The translations under genes and the position numbers were made by a program. DNA of 64,000 nucleotides. Origin: Candidatus Spyradenecus sp. (lineage in GTDB: Bacteria > Verrucomicrobiota > Verrucomicrobiia > Opitutales > UBA953). Positions 1 through 10,279 of the stretch are shown here, piece by piece. The stretch covers positions 1 to 64,000 of the forward strand of contig JAZSKX010000002.1 of NCBI GenBank assembly GCA_045535075.1, read 5' to 3'. The first letter of the stretch is position 1. Each line of letters opens with the position of its first letter. Under the pieces are notes generated by a model. That model had not been told where the DNA came from and searched no databases. It saw only the letters and a list, made by a program, of their open reading frames with translations.

Positions 1-234
1 ACTCGCCGAAATCCCGCCGCCGGAAACCGTCGCCGTATCGTCCGCAGAAACCGAGATTTCGTAAACATTCCCCGCGGGAACGCTCAGCGTGTAATCCGCA
101 GAAAAGCCCGGTCCGGTCGCCGTCCCGCCCGAAAAACTCAGACTCGTCGTCACGCGGCCCGATTTGCCGTCTTCGCTGAATGCGCCGCTCGTTTGCGGAA
201 CCGGCTGCGGAATCTCAATCTCGTTCAAAGACAT
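1..234 (-). CDS. hypothetical protein, N-terminal part (runs off left edge)
   Basis: Not in the ORF track. ATG at 234 preceded by GAAAGGT; the frame stays open to position 1: MSLNEIEIPQPVPQTSGAFSEDGKSGRVTTSLSFSGG...SVSADDTATVSGGGISAS. Confidence 0.7.
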   Translation of the reverse strand, partial: MSLNEIEIPQPVPQTSGAFSEDGKSGRVTTSLSFSGGTATGPGFSADYTLSVPAGNVYEISVSADDTATVSGGGISAS

Positions 235-450
235 AGATATACCTTTCTTTTTTTGGGGTAAAATTTAAAAGGGGAAAAACGTTTCGCTCTCTTTTATTTC
301 TTAAACAAAACTTCAAGAACACCCCCGCGCAAGCCGTTTTTCCTAAAAAAATATTTATCTTTAAATACTTGACTTTTGTAAAATCACACACTGCTACAGT
401 TCAAAGCGATTTCTGTTTTCTAATTTTTCGAGACCTGGCAAGATTCGGGC

Positions 451-2658
451 ATGAAATTGATTTCTTCTCTCGTTGCATTGCTATTGCCCGCAGTCGGGAT
501 TTTTGCCGACATTGATCGCGGACTTGTTCCGCTTCCGGTTTCCGTTGAAGCAGATTCTTCCGGGAGAGCGCTTGTTTTGCAAAAAGACGCAATCGGCGGC
601 ATCCATTGCTTCGATACCCAAGACGCCCGTCGGGCGGCAAAATATTTTTCCGATATAAAAAATGCTCGTTACGGGAACGCGCTTCCGATTTCCGTTATTT
701 TTGCGCCGATAGAAGATATCACTTTAATTAACGGAAATCCGGAAGGCTACATCCTCGAAATCGACGATAAAAAAGTCAAAATTTCCGCGCACGCCTACGG
801 CGGTTATTTTTATGCGATTCAAACGCTTTTTCAAATGCTTCCGCCCGATCTCGGCGAAAGCGGCTCGTGCGAGCTTCCTGCATGCAGAATCGTTGACTAT
901 CCGCGTTTTAAGTGGCGCGGCTTTATGCTTGATTCCGTGCGACACTATCAATCGCCGGAGTGGATCAAAAAACTCATCGATCTGCTCGCTTCGCAAAAGA
1001 TTAATACACTTCACTGGCATTTAACGGACGATCAGGGTTGGCGTATTGAGATAAAAAAATATCCGGAGCTTACGCAAAAAGCGGCTTGGCGGGAACACAT
1101 CGGATTCGGGCTGAAGCCGGAGCAATCCGTTCATTATGACAAGAACGGAAATTACGGCGGTTTTTACACACAGGAGCAAATTCGTGAGATCGTCCGCTAC
1201 GCCGCCGAGCGCAACATATCAATCGTTCCCGAGATTGAGTTGCCGGGACACGCGCTCGCCGCCCTTACCGTGCTCCCGCATTTGGGTTGCACGGGCGGAC
1301 CTTATAAAATCGGATTAAAAGGCGGCGTGTTCGACGATGTTTACTGTGCGGGCAACGACGATGTGTATACATTTCTTGAAGACGTTTTCGAAGAAGTCGT
1401 TGAGCTCTTCCCGAGCGATTTCATCCATGTCGGCGGCGACGAATGCCCGAAAACCCGTTGGAGAAATTGCCCGAAATGCCAAGCAAAAATCCGCGATGAA
1501 AACCTGAAAGACGAACACGAACTGCAAAGCTACGTCATTCGGCGCATGGAAAAATTTCTTGCCCGAAAAGGGAAGCGCCTAATCGGCTGGGACGAAATCC
1601 TCGAAGGCGGACTTGCGCCCAACGCAACTGTGATGAGCTGGCGCGGAGCCACGGGCGGAATCGCCGCCGCGAAACTTAATCACGATGTCGTAATGGCGCC
1701 GAACTCGCATTGTTATTTTGATTATTCCCAAGCCCGAACCGGCGAACCGAACGGCATCGGCGGCTTCATCCCGCTTGAACGCGTTTATAAATTTAATCCG
1801 ACGGACGGCGTTCCCGCAGCATTTTCACCGCGTATTCTCGGCGGGCAAGCGAATCTTTGGACGGAATACATTCCCAACGAAAAGCACGCAGAATATATGA
1901 TTGCCCCGCGTATTTCCGCACTCGCCGAAATTCTTTGGACGCCGCCGGAGCGCCTTTCATGGGACGATTTCCAAGACAGGATGCTCGTGCAATATGCCCG
2001 TTACGACGCAGACGGCATCAATTACCGTAAACCTGACGGCGTACTGATTCGAGCCGTCTCCGGCGGCGTTTCTTTTTCGCCGGATTTGAAAAATGCCGCT
2101 GTCGCCTACACGCTCGACGGCAGTGAGCCGACCCTTGATTCTCCGCGTGCGACACCGGGAAATTACGTTGTAAAAATCCCCAAAGAAAAAAGAAGCGTCC
2201 GCGTCCGGGCGCGAGCGATTTTGGACGGCGGAACTCTCGGGCGACAAAACGAGCGCATAATGAATCTGCCGAAAGCCAGAGTTGTCTCAAGTATGGAAAG
2301 CGTCGAAGCCAATTTTCCGGAACGGGCGATAGACGGTTCGCGCACAACCGTGTATTGGGCAGATCGCCCGCCGCGTCCGGGCGATACCGTTACCGCGTAT
2401 TTCGAAAAATTCCAACGAGCAAGCGTTGTACGCTGTCTCACAGGAAAGAATGAAGCCGGCGGAGGAAGCGACAGCCTGCAACGCGGAGTTTTGGAAATTT
2501 CCAAAGATGGTAAGTCGTGGTATTCGGTTGCAGTTTTCAAAGACGGTATTGCAGAAAGAACGCTTCCTGAGGGAACGGCATTTAAGGCGATTCGGATTCG
2601 AGCCACGGGAACACAAGACGAATGGCTCGTTGTTCGTGAGTTCGAGTGGAAGCCGTAA
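451..2658 (+). CDS. beta-N-acetylhexosaminidase (GH20) with C-terminal Fn3-associated and F5/8 type C (CBM32-like) domains
   Basis: Signal peptide; DYPRFKWRGFMLDSVRHY, HWHLTDDQGWRIEI, PEIELPGH, catalytic HVGGDE, GGQANLWTEYI; YTLDGSEPT motif; discoidin-like C-terminus. Confidence 0.95.
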   Translation: MKLISSLVALLLPAVGIFADIDRGLVPLPVSVEADSSGRALVLQKDAIGGIHCFDTQDARRAAKYFSDIKNARYGNALPISVIFAPIEDITLINGNPEGYILEIDDKKVKISAHAYGGYFYAIQTLFQMLPPDLGESGSCELPACRIVDYPRFKWRGFMLDSVRHYQSPEWIKKLIDLLASQKINTLHWHLTDDQGWRIEIKKYPELTQKAAWREHIGFGLKPEQSVHYDKNGNYGGFYTQEQIREIVRYAAERNISIVPEIELPGHALAALTVLPHLGCTGGPYKIGLKGGVFDDVYCAGNDDVYTFLEDVFEEVVELFPSDFIHVGGDECPKTRWRNCPKCQAKIRDENLKDEHELQSYVIRRMEKFLARKGKRLIGWDEILEGGLAPNATVMSWRGATGGIAAAKLNHDVVMAPNSHCYFDYSQARTGEPNGIGGFIPLERVYKFNPTDGVPAAFSPRILGGQANLWTEYIPNEKHAEYMIAPRISALAEILWTPPERLSWDDFQDRMLVQYARYDADGINYRKPDGVLIRAVSGGVSFSPDLKNAAVAYTLDGSEPTLDSPRATPGNYVVKIPKEKRSVRVRARAILDGGTLGRQNERIMNLPKARVVSSMESVEANFPERAIDGSRTTVYWADRPPRPGDTVTAYFEKFQRASVVRCLTGKNEAGGGSDSLQRGVLEISKDGKSWYSVAVFKDGIAERTLPEGTAFKAIRIRATGTQDEWLVVREFEWKP

Positions 2659-2698
2659 GCATCCGACGCTAACAAACGCCGTTTCCCGACGAAGCGCT

Positions 2699-5600
2699 TT
2701 AGTCTCTCTTGGCGGTCGCCTTGCCTCGGCGCAGAAGGACCGCTGCAATAAGGCGTAGCAGGATCAGCCCTGCAAGAACTCCGAACGCCCATTTTTCATC
2801 AAGACGTTCCGGTCCGACGGGCGTCGGCGCATCGCGAAAGAAAACAACGGTCGCTCCCGCATCAACATGCGGATAGCGCTCGGTCTCAAACGCACAAAAC
2901 GCCGAGTCTCCCTCAAAGCACTTCGGCAACGCCGGAAGATCTTCACAAGACTGAACTTTGGAAACGGGAAGTCCGAAAATGCGTGAGATTTCACAACTTC
3001 CGGCCGAAAGATTTTCGGCGAAGCTCCATTCCACGCGAGCCGGATGAGCGCTCGTGCGAACAGCCTCGACGCAGTCTCCGTCGGCAAATTTTCCCCGATA
3101 AAGAATTTCAATACGCGTCAGCTGTTTTTCTTCTTTTTTTCTAAGCAACAAATAGAAATCGTTTTCTCCGGCATCGAAGATTTCTGCGGGAACGCCATCT
3201 GTCCGGACATCCAAAATTTCCGTTCCGGCGGCATCAATCCGGAGCAAATCCGTTTGCGCGACTTTAAGTTCAATGGTTTCGACGGTAACAAATCCGCTGC
3301 CTGAAATTCGGGAAAAACGCCGCACCGTCGGAGCGGAAAACGAACCTTCGCGCACATCCGTTTTCAACTTTCGCCAATCGGAAAGCGTTTTGTCCGTTGC
3401 TTTAAGAACAGCGCTTTTCCCGCTAAAATCGCCTTCGAGCACAGCCGCCGATTCCGGCGCGAGGCGGAAAACGTCATTCGCTTCAATCTCCAAACGACCG
3501 CTTTGTTCGCCCGCGTCCGGAGCGTTGACGGCATCAATCTTCGTTGTTCCGGAAAGTCGCTCAAAATATTCGACATTAAACGCAATTTCTCCGCGCATCG
3601 GCTTGGCGAAGCGTAATTCCCAAACATTTTCGCTCGGTGATTTTTTTCCTGCGGGAACGGCGTTTACAATATCGTCACCGAAGAATCTCGGAGCAAGCGC
3701 CGTCGCCGGCAAGCCGATACGCACAATCTGGCGTACGGCATTTTCGACATTATAAACACAATCAACATTCACGCGAGCGTAGCGTCCGAAATTAAGCGGC
3801 TCGACACGTTGCGTCCATGCTGCGGAAATTCGCGACTCGGAAGCTCCGACGGCAAATGTCGCGTTCCATTTGCTTCCGAAATAACGAAATGCGAAATCGG
3901 CATCCTCGTTCGGCTCGGTGTTTGTATCGGATTTTTCGACGGGAACATCGGCAGCTTTATCGCCCTTTTCCTCGGGAACGACTTCGACGATATTATTGCG
4001 GGAACGCAAGCGCAGTCGCAATCCCTCCTGCGCGTAAATACGAAATTCGCCGAGATGCCGCTGCGCGCCATTAAAAATAATACGCGGCACAGTCCAAGTC
4101 GGCGCGCCGACGGGAAAGGCTCCTGCGAGGGAGATGCGGAAATTTTCTTCTCCGACCAAAGATTTTTTCATGTGGAGCGTAACCGTCCGCAAATCTTCCG
4201 CATCTTGAGATTCAGACCAATAGGCGACAGCATCCCCGGAAACGGATTCAACTTCCAAGCCTTCCGGCAACGCAAACGAAAGGTTAAATATATCCGCCCG
4301 TGAAACTTCTGCCGTCAAATCCGTCACCAACGAAACTTTGTCTTGATTAAGCACGATACGATCATCGGCTGTAATGCGTAAGTTCGGTTTAACCTCGGAA
4401 AACGCGAGGCGAACAAGCGCATCGCCGGAAACGGAGCGAAATGCCCGTCGCAGAAAAACCGCTTTTCCGTCGGCGGAAGCTCGGTCAAGCAGAGTCGGAG
4501 AAAATTCCTTTTCATCGACGACTGCCAAGCCGGGAGCGACAACTTCATCGACTTGCAATTCGTCTCCGGTTGCGATCCCGACGGTTCTGACGCCGTCTTC
4601 GCAATTCAAAACATCCGGAGAAGCAAAGCTGATCATTTTTTCGAGCTCAAAAGGCGCCTGAGAGTAAATCGAGATTTCAACAGAGTCGGATTTCTTGGAA
4701 TCAAAAAGAACCGTCAGAATTTTATCGTGCCCGAAGTTCCACCGGCGAATGGAATTTCCTTCGACGCGAGAAACCGAGAAAGGTTCCGGAATTTTAATTT
4801 TAACTTCGTCAAATTCTCCCTGAACGGGCATCAGTTTGAGCAAATGAAATCCTTCAATCGTTCCCGATGCGGGAACATACAAATTTAAATCTTCCGCGAC
4901 GAGTTGAAGCTTTTCCCGGCTACGGTCGCGTTCCCGCGGATTCCAAAGAATACGTCGTGTTTCCAACGGCTTGAAGACGATTTGTCCGGTCTGCAAAGTT
5001 CCGCCGGGCGAATCCACTTTGAGCGTAACTTCGCCCTCCGCGCCGAGCCGACTGTCGGGGCGCGAAATCGATACGGAAACGACATCCGCCGCCGCATTCC
5101 CTGTCGGCAAGTTCATTCCGCGTGCGTCGCGCCTTAATGCCAGCTCATAAGCGAATTTTGCCGAAAATGTTCCGGAGCGATCCAAGACAATTTGATAAAC
5201 AATTCCGTCTTTTCCCCGTCGCCGTTCGAGACGAATCGGAGCCTCCGGAGCGTCTTTCCGAAAATCGGTAAGTACCGCCGGCGACGCCAATAAATCAAAA
5301 CGTTCCCCTGCCTTTCCCTTCACGCGAATTTCTCCCGAGGCGACGACTCGATCCGGAAGAATGCTCATATTCTGCGCAATCCGCTCGGCGATTTCCTGCG
5401 GGCGGGCAAGTTCGCGCTCGAGCTCATTTTCCTCAGCACGAAGCTCCGGCGTTCCCGTGAAATTCAAAAGAGCAAGCATTCCGCAAACAATCGGAAGTGT
5501 CGGGCTCAACTTCTCCTCTTTTTTAGAAAACTTTTTCTTTAGAGCAAAACCGCAGTCTATAAAAAGCAAAATCAGTTCCGTGACAACAAACGCGGCAATC

Positions 5601-8600
5601 AACGCGGGAATCCGATGTTCGATATCGCTCGTTCCGCAAACAAACGCACCGTAAAAACCGCATCTTCCCGCAAAGCGCAAAATTGCGCTTCGCCGCCAAA
5701 CCGCTCCTGCGGCGAGAAGCAACGCGCCCGCAAGCCAAATGAAAATTCCCGTATTCAAATCCATATGAAAGAACCGTTCCCCGAGTGTAGTCCACGGCGT
5801 AAAATGCGCGACAAACTGCTCCTGAGAGCCGAATGTAACAACGGACAAATCATAGCTCGGGCTGACTCCGTCGCGCAAAACAGAAGCTTCAATCATAATA
5901 ACGATGCTTAACGCGACCGCACAGACGAACCCGATTATAAAGCGCCAAATACGCAAGCGCGTCGTCAGCAAAATGATAAGCGTTCCCGCGAAAACACAAA
6001 ACGCGGGGAGTAACTCGCGATTTTGAGAGACGTCCGAAGCGATTGCCCGGAAAATATCTTCCCAGGATCCGCGATTGCGCCGCCCGTTTTCAAATTCAAC
6101 TCCGGAAAACGTTCCCGCGCCCTCCAAGCGAGCAGAAAGCACCGGAGCGTTCACCTTCGGGAGCGCGAGCGTCAACGTCGGATTTTCCGCCGAAAGTGCC
6201 GGCCCGCAAAGCGTAACTTCAAAAAATCCGCGCCCGTTTTGAGCTACGAGCGGAACGATGCAAGTGCTTCCGTCCTCCGAAAGAAGCGATTTTTCTTCGA
6301 GATTAAATTCTCCGATCGGCGATAATTTTTCGAGATCCGTTCCTTCCGGAAGCGTCAACAAAAGAGAGGCTTCCCCGGCATTTAAATATTCGAAGCGGCA
6401 AATCAAGTGCTGTTTAAGCGCGTCCGTGATATCGTCAACGCGTTCAAGTCTTCCCGTCGCGGAAGTGATGACGCAACGCGAAAGCTTTTTTTGCGGAAGC
6501 ATTGCGAAATCGAGCGTCAGCTCAAACGGACGTTGCACGTATTGAAATGCGCACAGCAAGACGTTCCCGCCGCGAGTTCCGAGGATGCTCCCGTCAATAT
6601 TTGCGCGCGGCACTTTTAAGAATGCAGAATTCTCGGCGCTTTCTTCGGGAGATGCGATGGCGACGGCTTCGTTGCTGGTAATAAAAATTTCGCCCTGTTC
6701 TCCCGAAACGTCTGCCAATCCGACTCCGGAGAAATCGGCAGAAGTCACGGAATCGGGAGCATCGGAAACCGGAATTTCAAAATGGATCCGCAGAGAAAAT
6801 TTTCCCTGACGCGGCGTGCGAAGCTGAGCGACAAGCAAGCCGTCTTTCACAGTAGGAGTAAAGAATAAATCGGAATCGGAGAGGCGGATAAATTTTGCAT
6901 TTTTCGGAAGTCTGATCCGGATTTCGTCAACGGCTTCCGCTTCTGAATCGCAGTCAATTACTGCGTTCCCGCGAATTACATTGCGTCCGATGTCGTAAAC
7001 GGTCGAGACGTTCCCGTGAAGAGCGGAAATCATTTTTTCGACATGAACTTCCGCAGTCCAAGTCGCTCCGCGCATCCGGAAAACCTGCTGCGGCAACGTA
7101 CCTTTTGTCTGCGGATAAAATTCTGCCGGCACCTCCGAAAGCCCGTCTAGCTTTGACGGAATTAAGCGCATATTTTTCGCTCCCGCGAAGCCGACGAACC
7201 CGCGAACAAAGCGCGCATCCGGACAACGCAAGCTGTGCAACACGCAATCCGTTTCAGTAGAACTCGCCGACTTGCTGACGGCAATGCGAATTTCCTGCTC
7301 GCCGGAAAGCGGCTCGGTAAAAACGATTTTCAGCTCACGAAATCCGTTTTTTGCAAGTTCCGCAAGTTCATACCCGGCAAGCAACCCCGTCTCGACTGAT
7401 TCAACCTTGTAATCCTCGGGCACCTCAACCCGCCACTCGTAAAGCGGCGCCGCCCGAATTTTGAGTTGCTGGCGCGAAACGGCAACGATTCGTTTCGTGT
7501 CAAAATAACACCGTGTCGTCTGCGAAACGGAAACGTCCGGACGGATCGCATCGACAAACAATTCCAAACTGTTCGGGCTGTTGGAAATGCGATAAACGGT
7601 CTGCTCGGCAGTTTCGTCAACCGGCAAAAGAAAATCGCCCTTCTGCGGGAACGCCGATGCCGCAATCTGCGTTACCCCGTTTTGCGGAAGCAATTCACTG
7701 CGCAAAACACCGTCGTTGATAATTCTCAAAAATTCGTTGAAGCGAACGCAAACGGCGGCATCGGGCTGATTTGCGACGGGAACAATTCTTAGAGGACGGA
7801 ATGTTGACGGCAAGGTTTCGAACACGCTTTGCGTTTCAATATTCAGGGAATAGGCGCCGCGTTTTCTTCGACTTAAAACAACATTGAGCTGTCGATTTCC
7901 GTCAGATTCTTCAACGCTCCAAGAGAGCAAATCTTCTCCGGAAACGCTCAAGACTTCGCCGCTCCCGTGCAAATCAAACACGAGATTGGAAAGCGTCCCT
8001 TGGGAAATCATCAAAGAAATTTCTTCCCGCTGACGCAACATTCCCGTTACAATCCGCCACTCACTGCAAGTGTCTGCAGAAAAAACGCAGGCGGAAAATT
8101 CCGGCGGTGTTCCCGAAACTTCCTGCCAACGCAAATCAAAGCTTCCGCTCCCGGGAAGAAAACCTTCGTAGGCATCGTTTTTTTTCTGAGGCACGGAAAC
8201 GCTCGACGGTGCAAAAAGAATTTCACCCTCCAAGCCTTTCAGAGAAAACGGAGCCACCTGAATCGCGGGAACGGCAAAATTCAGACGTTGCCACCCGTCT
8301 TCACGCGTAATGCGCGCATCCAATTCCAAATCAATTTCAAAATCTCCGCGCTTCGGAAATTTTAAGTAATAAATCGGCAACTTTGTCGTAGCGTCAATTT
8401 CGGTTCTGACCGAGAAATCCGAAGATTCCGAAAAATTCCGTAACGCAGCATCCCCGGAAAGCACCGCAATTTCAGCTCCGATTTCCCGCACGCTCGCCAC
8501 GGTGTGAATACGAAAATGCGCCGAATCGCCGTCAATTGTCCCGCGCAAAGAAAATGCCTCCAGCGAAACCGGGGCAAGCAACTCGTTCCCGCGCGCGACA

Positions 8601-9211
8601 TCAAGCCGTAGCGACGGAGTTCCGTTAATACTGAACGCCAACTCGTTGCGTTCGTTTGTTCCGATAGGCAAAAGCCCGCGCGATTGTTTTCCGTATAGCC
8701 GAATATCCGGCGTTGAAACAATGCGAACCATTCCGGAAAATGCCGTCGCATCCGTTCCCGTAAACATCATCGGGATTAGCGTCGCCGGCAGTTCCAAAGT
8801 TTTTCGCCCGACAATTGTCGCATCAAAAGTTTTATCAACGGGGATTTCCGTATTCGGACGAATTTCGAGAAACGTCCGCGCTCCCGCGCGCCGAACACTC
8901 CAATCTCGCACCTGCGGACCGTTCACCCCGACAATGTCGCCTTCTCCCAAAACTTCAAATACAACCGATCCGAAGTTTCCCTGCAATACGCGGATAGTCG
9001 CCCGAGCGTTATAAAGCGCCTCTTTGTCATTGATGAAAACAGACTCGTTAAGCGTTGCGGTGTAAAAAAGCTTCTCCGGTTTTCCTGCGGCCTCTTCCGT
9101 CGCCGTCGAAGGCACCGCGCTTGCTTTAGTTTCGTCAGCACAAATTGTTCCCGCCGAAAGCAGAAAAAAAACCTGGACGCATGTAAGTAGAGTAAAAAAC
9201 TTTCGAAGCAT
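2699..9211 (-). CDS. large (2170 aa) uncharacterised membrane-anchored protein with internal repeats
   Basis: Long ORF with signal peptide, central multi-TM block and C-terminal TM; repeated V-x-x-V-x-G-x(5)-W modules. Confidence 0.85.
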   Translation of the reverse strand: MLRKFFTLLTCVQVFFLLSAGTICADETKASAVPSTATEEAAGKPEKLFYTATLNESVFINDKEALYNARATIRVLQGNFGSVVFEVLGEGDIVGVNGPQVRDWSVRRAGARTFLEIRPNTEIPVDKTFDATIVGRKTLELPATLIPMMFTGTDATAFSGMVRIVSTPDIRLYGKQSRGLLPIGTNERNELAFSINGTPSLRLDVARGNELLAPVSLEAFSLRGTIDGDSAHFRIHTVASVREIGAEIAVLSGDAALRNFSESSDFSVRTEIDATTKLPIYYLKFPKRGDFEIDLELDARITREDGWQRLNFAVPAIQVAPFSLKGLEGEILFAPSSVSVPQKKNDAYEGFLPGSGSFDLRWQEVSGTPPEFSACVFSADTCSEWRIVTGMLRQREEISLMISQGTLSNLVFDLHGSGEVLSVSGEDLLSWSVEESDGNRQLNVVLSRRKRGAYSLNIETQSVFETLPSTFRPLRIVPVANQPDAAVCVRFNEFLRIINDGVLRSELLPQNGVTQIAASAFPQKGDFLLPVDETAEQTVYRISNSPNSLELFVDAIRPDVSVSQTTRCYFDTKRIVAVSRQQLKIRAAPLYEWRVEVPEDYKVESVETGLLAGYELAELAKNGFRELKIVFTEPLSGEQEIRIAVSKSASSTETDCVLHSLRCPDARFVRGFVGFAGAKNMRLIPSKLDGLSEVPAEFYPQTKGTLPQQVFRMRGATWTAEVHVEKMISALHGNVSTVYDIGRNVIRGNAVIDCDSEAEAVDEIRIRLPKNAKFIRLSDSDLFFTPTVKDGLLVAQLRTPRQGKFSLRIHFEIPVSDAPDSVTSADFSGVGLADVSGEQGEIFITSNEAVAIASPEESAENSAFLKVPRANIDGSILGTRGGNVLLCAFQYVQRPFELTLDFAMLPQKKLSRCVITSATGRLERVDDITDALKQHLICRFEYLNAGEASLLLTLPEGTDLEKLSPIGEFNLEEKSLLSEDGSTCIVPLVAQNGRGFFEVTLCGPALSAENPTLTLALPKVNAPVLSARLEGAGTFSGVEFENGRRNRGSWEDIFRAIASDVSQNRELLPAFCVFAGTLIILLTTRLRIWRFIIGFVCAVALSIVIMIEASVLRDGVSPSYDLSVVTFGSQEQFVAHFTPWTTLGERFFHMDLNTGIFIWLAGALLLAAGAVWRRSAILRFAGRCGFYGAFVCGTSDIEHRIPALIAAFVVTELILLFIDCGFALKKKFSKKEEKLSPTLPIVCGMLALLNFTGTPELRAEENELERELARPQEIAERIAQNMSILPDRVVASGEIRVKGKAGERFDLLASPAVLTDFRKDAPEAPIRLERRRGKDGIVYQIVLDRSGTFSAKFAYELALRRDARGMNLPTGNAAADVVSVSISRPDSRLGAEGEVTLKVDSPGGTLQTGQIVFKPLETRRILWNPRERDRSREKLQLVAEDLNLYVPASGTIEGFHLLKLMPVQGEFDEVKIKIPEPFSVSRVEGNSIRRWNFGHDKILTVLFDSKKSDSVEISIYSQAPFELEKMISFASPDVLNCEDGVRTVGIATGDELQVDEVVAPGLAVVDEKEFSPTLLDRASADGKAVFLRRAFRSVSGDALVRLAFSEVKPNLRITADDRIVLNQDKVSLVTDLTAEVSRADIFNLSFALPEGLEVESVSGDAVAYWSESQDAEDLRTVTLHMKKSLVGEENFRISLAGAFPVGAPTWTVPRIIFNGAQRHLGEFRIYAQEGLRLRLRSRNNIVEVVPEEKGDKAADVPVEKSDTNTEPNEDADFAFRYFGSKWNATFAVGASESRISAAWTQRVEPLNFGRYARVNVDCVYNVENAVRQIVRIGLPATALAPRFFGDDIVNAVPAGKKSPSENVWELRFAKPMRGEIAFNVEYFERLSGTTKIDAVNAPDAGEQSGRLEIEANDVFRLAPESAAVLEGDFSGKSAVLKATDKTLSDWRKLKTDVREGSFSAPTVRRFSRISGSGFVTVETIELKVAQTDLLRIDAAGTEILDVRTDGVPAEIFDAGENDFYLLLRKKEEKQLTRIEILYRGKFADGDCVEAVRTSAHPARVEWSFAENLSAGSCEISRIFGLPVSKVQSCEDLPALPKCFEGDSAFCAFETERYPHVDAGATVVFFRDAPTPVGPERLDEKWAFGVLAGLILLRLIAAVLLRRGKATAKRD

Positions 9212-9245
9212 TTTTCTAATTCGTTACAAAATCCGGTGTTCTGCG

Positions 9246-10187
9246 CTATGCGTTTTCGGGTTTGACGAATCCGCGGGAACAACGTTTATCGAGTTCATGC
9301 GGATGAAGTCCGTCTTCGCTACGCTCTGCGGCATCGTGCGCAATCATGCCGTCTTTCGCTGTAATTTCCCGAATAATGAGTTCACGTGCATCGTCAACAT
9401 TGTCGCAGAAATGGAAAATATCAAGGTCTTCTTTCGAGATATAGCCGAGTTCGGCAAATTTCTCAAAATTGATAATTGAGCGCCAAAATTCTTCTCCGAA
9501 AAGTACGATCGGGATTTTCTTTCCGGCCTTATTCGTTTGAACAAGGGTAAGCATTTCAAAAAGTTCATCCATTGTTCCGAAGCCTCCGGGAAAAGCAATC
9601 AGAGCGTGCGCCAGATAGAGAAACCAGTACTTTCGGATAAAGAAATAGCGAAACTCGAAATCGAATTCCGGGGAAATATACGGATTCGGCTTCTGCTCGA
9701 ACGGAAGTTGAATGCCGAGTCCGAGCGATTTTCCGCCCGCTTCATAAGCACCGCGATTTGCGGCTTCCATAATACCCGGTCCTCCGCCGGAGCAAATATA
9801 GTAGCCGTCCGCCGGGTTCGGGAACATTTCCCGCGACCAGATCGTCAAATCATGTGCAAGCTTTCTCGCCGATTCGTAATAATGCGAATTTTTCACGGCT
9901 CGCTCGGCAGCGGCAAGGCGCAAAGCTTTCTCCGCTTCGGGAAGCGGAGAATTTTCAAGCCGTCTTTTTTCCCGCGCCAAATCGTCTTCCGCATCTTCCC
10001 GTGAAAGCGTACGCGCCGAACCGAACATTACTAAAGTTTTTCGAATCCCGTAAGGATAGAGGCGATAATACGGCTCAATCATTTCACATTGAACTCGAAT
10101 TGTCCTCGCAACGGGACTATTTAGGAAATCAAGATTTTCGTATGCTTTAAGATGTTTGAATTGCGGGGAATGAGCGGGGGTTTCCAT
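9246..10187 (-). CDS. LOG family nucleotide phosphoribohydrolase (TIGR00730-like)
   Basis: VMFGSAR, SGGGPGIMEAANRGA, FRYFFIRK, PGGFGTMDELFE motifs. Confidence 0.9.
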   Translation of the reverse strand: METPAHSPQFKHLKAYENLDFLNSPVARTIRVQCEMIEPYYRLYPYGIRKTLVMFGSARTLSREDAEDDLAREKRRLENSPLPEAEKALRLAAAERAVKNSHYYESARKLAHDLTIWSREMFPNPADGYYICSGGGPGIMEAANRGAYEAGGKSLGLGIQLPFEQKPNPYISPEFDFEFRYFFIRKYWFLYLAHALIAFPGGFGTMDELFEMLTLVQTNKAGKKIPIVLFGEEFWRSIINFEKFAELGYISKEDLDIFHFCDNVDDARELIIREITAKDGMIAHDAAERSEDGLHPHELDKRCSRGFVKPENA

Positions 10188-10223
10188 ACCGACAAGCTTA
10201 AAACGTTTCCGTTTTTTTTCGAC

Positions 10224-10265
10224 AAAAAAAGCGTTCCCGCAAAGAATTTACGGGAACGCTTTTTT
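10224..10265. terminator. bidirectional intrinsic terminator after fabF, stem made of the CGTTCCCG motif pair
   Basis: A7-GCGTTCCCG-caaagaattta-CGGGAACGC-T6. Confidence 0.8.
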
Positions 10266-10279
10266 GAAAAGAAAAACGC

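Noticed and set aside
369..400. TTGACT...TACAGT promoter for the GH20 gene
   Set aside because: The 20-nt spacing is not canonical, so it cannot be supported
75..9000. CGGGAACG as a Chi or KOPS site
   Set aside because: Near-balanced orientation (8 vs 11 in the first 9 kb) and use as inverted terminator pairs argue against a polar signal; not fully excluded without replichore data
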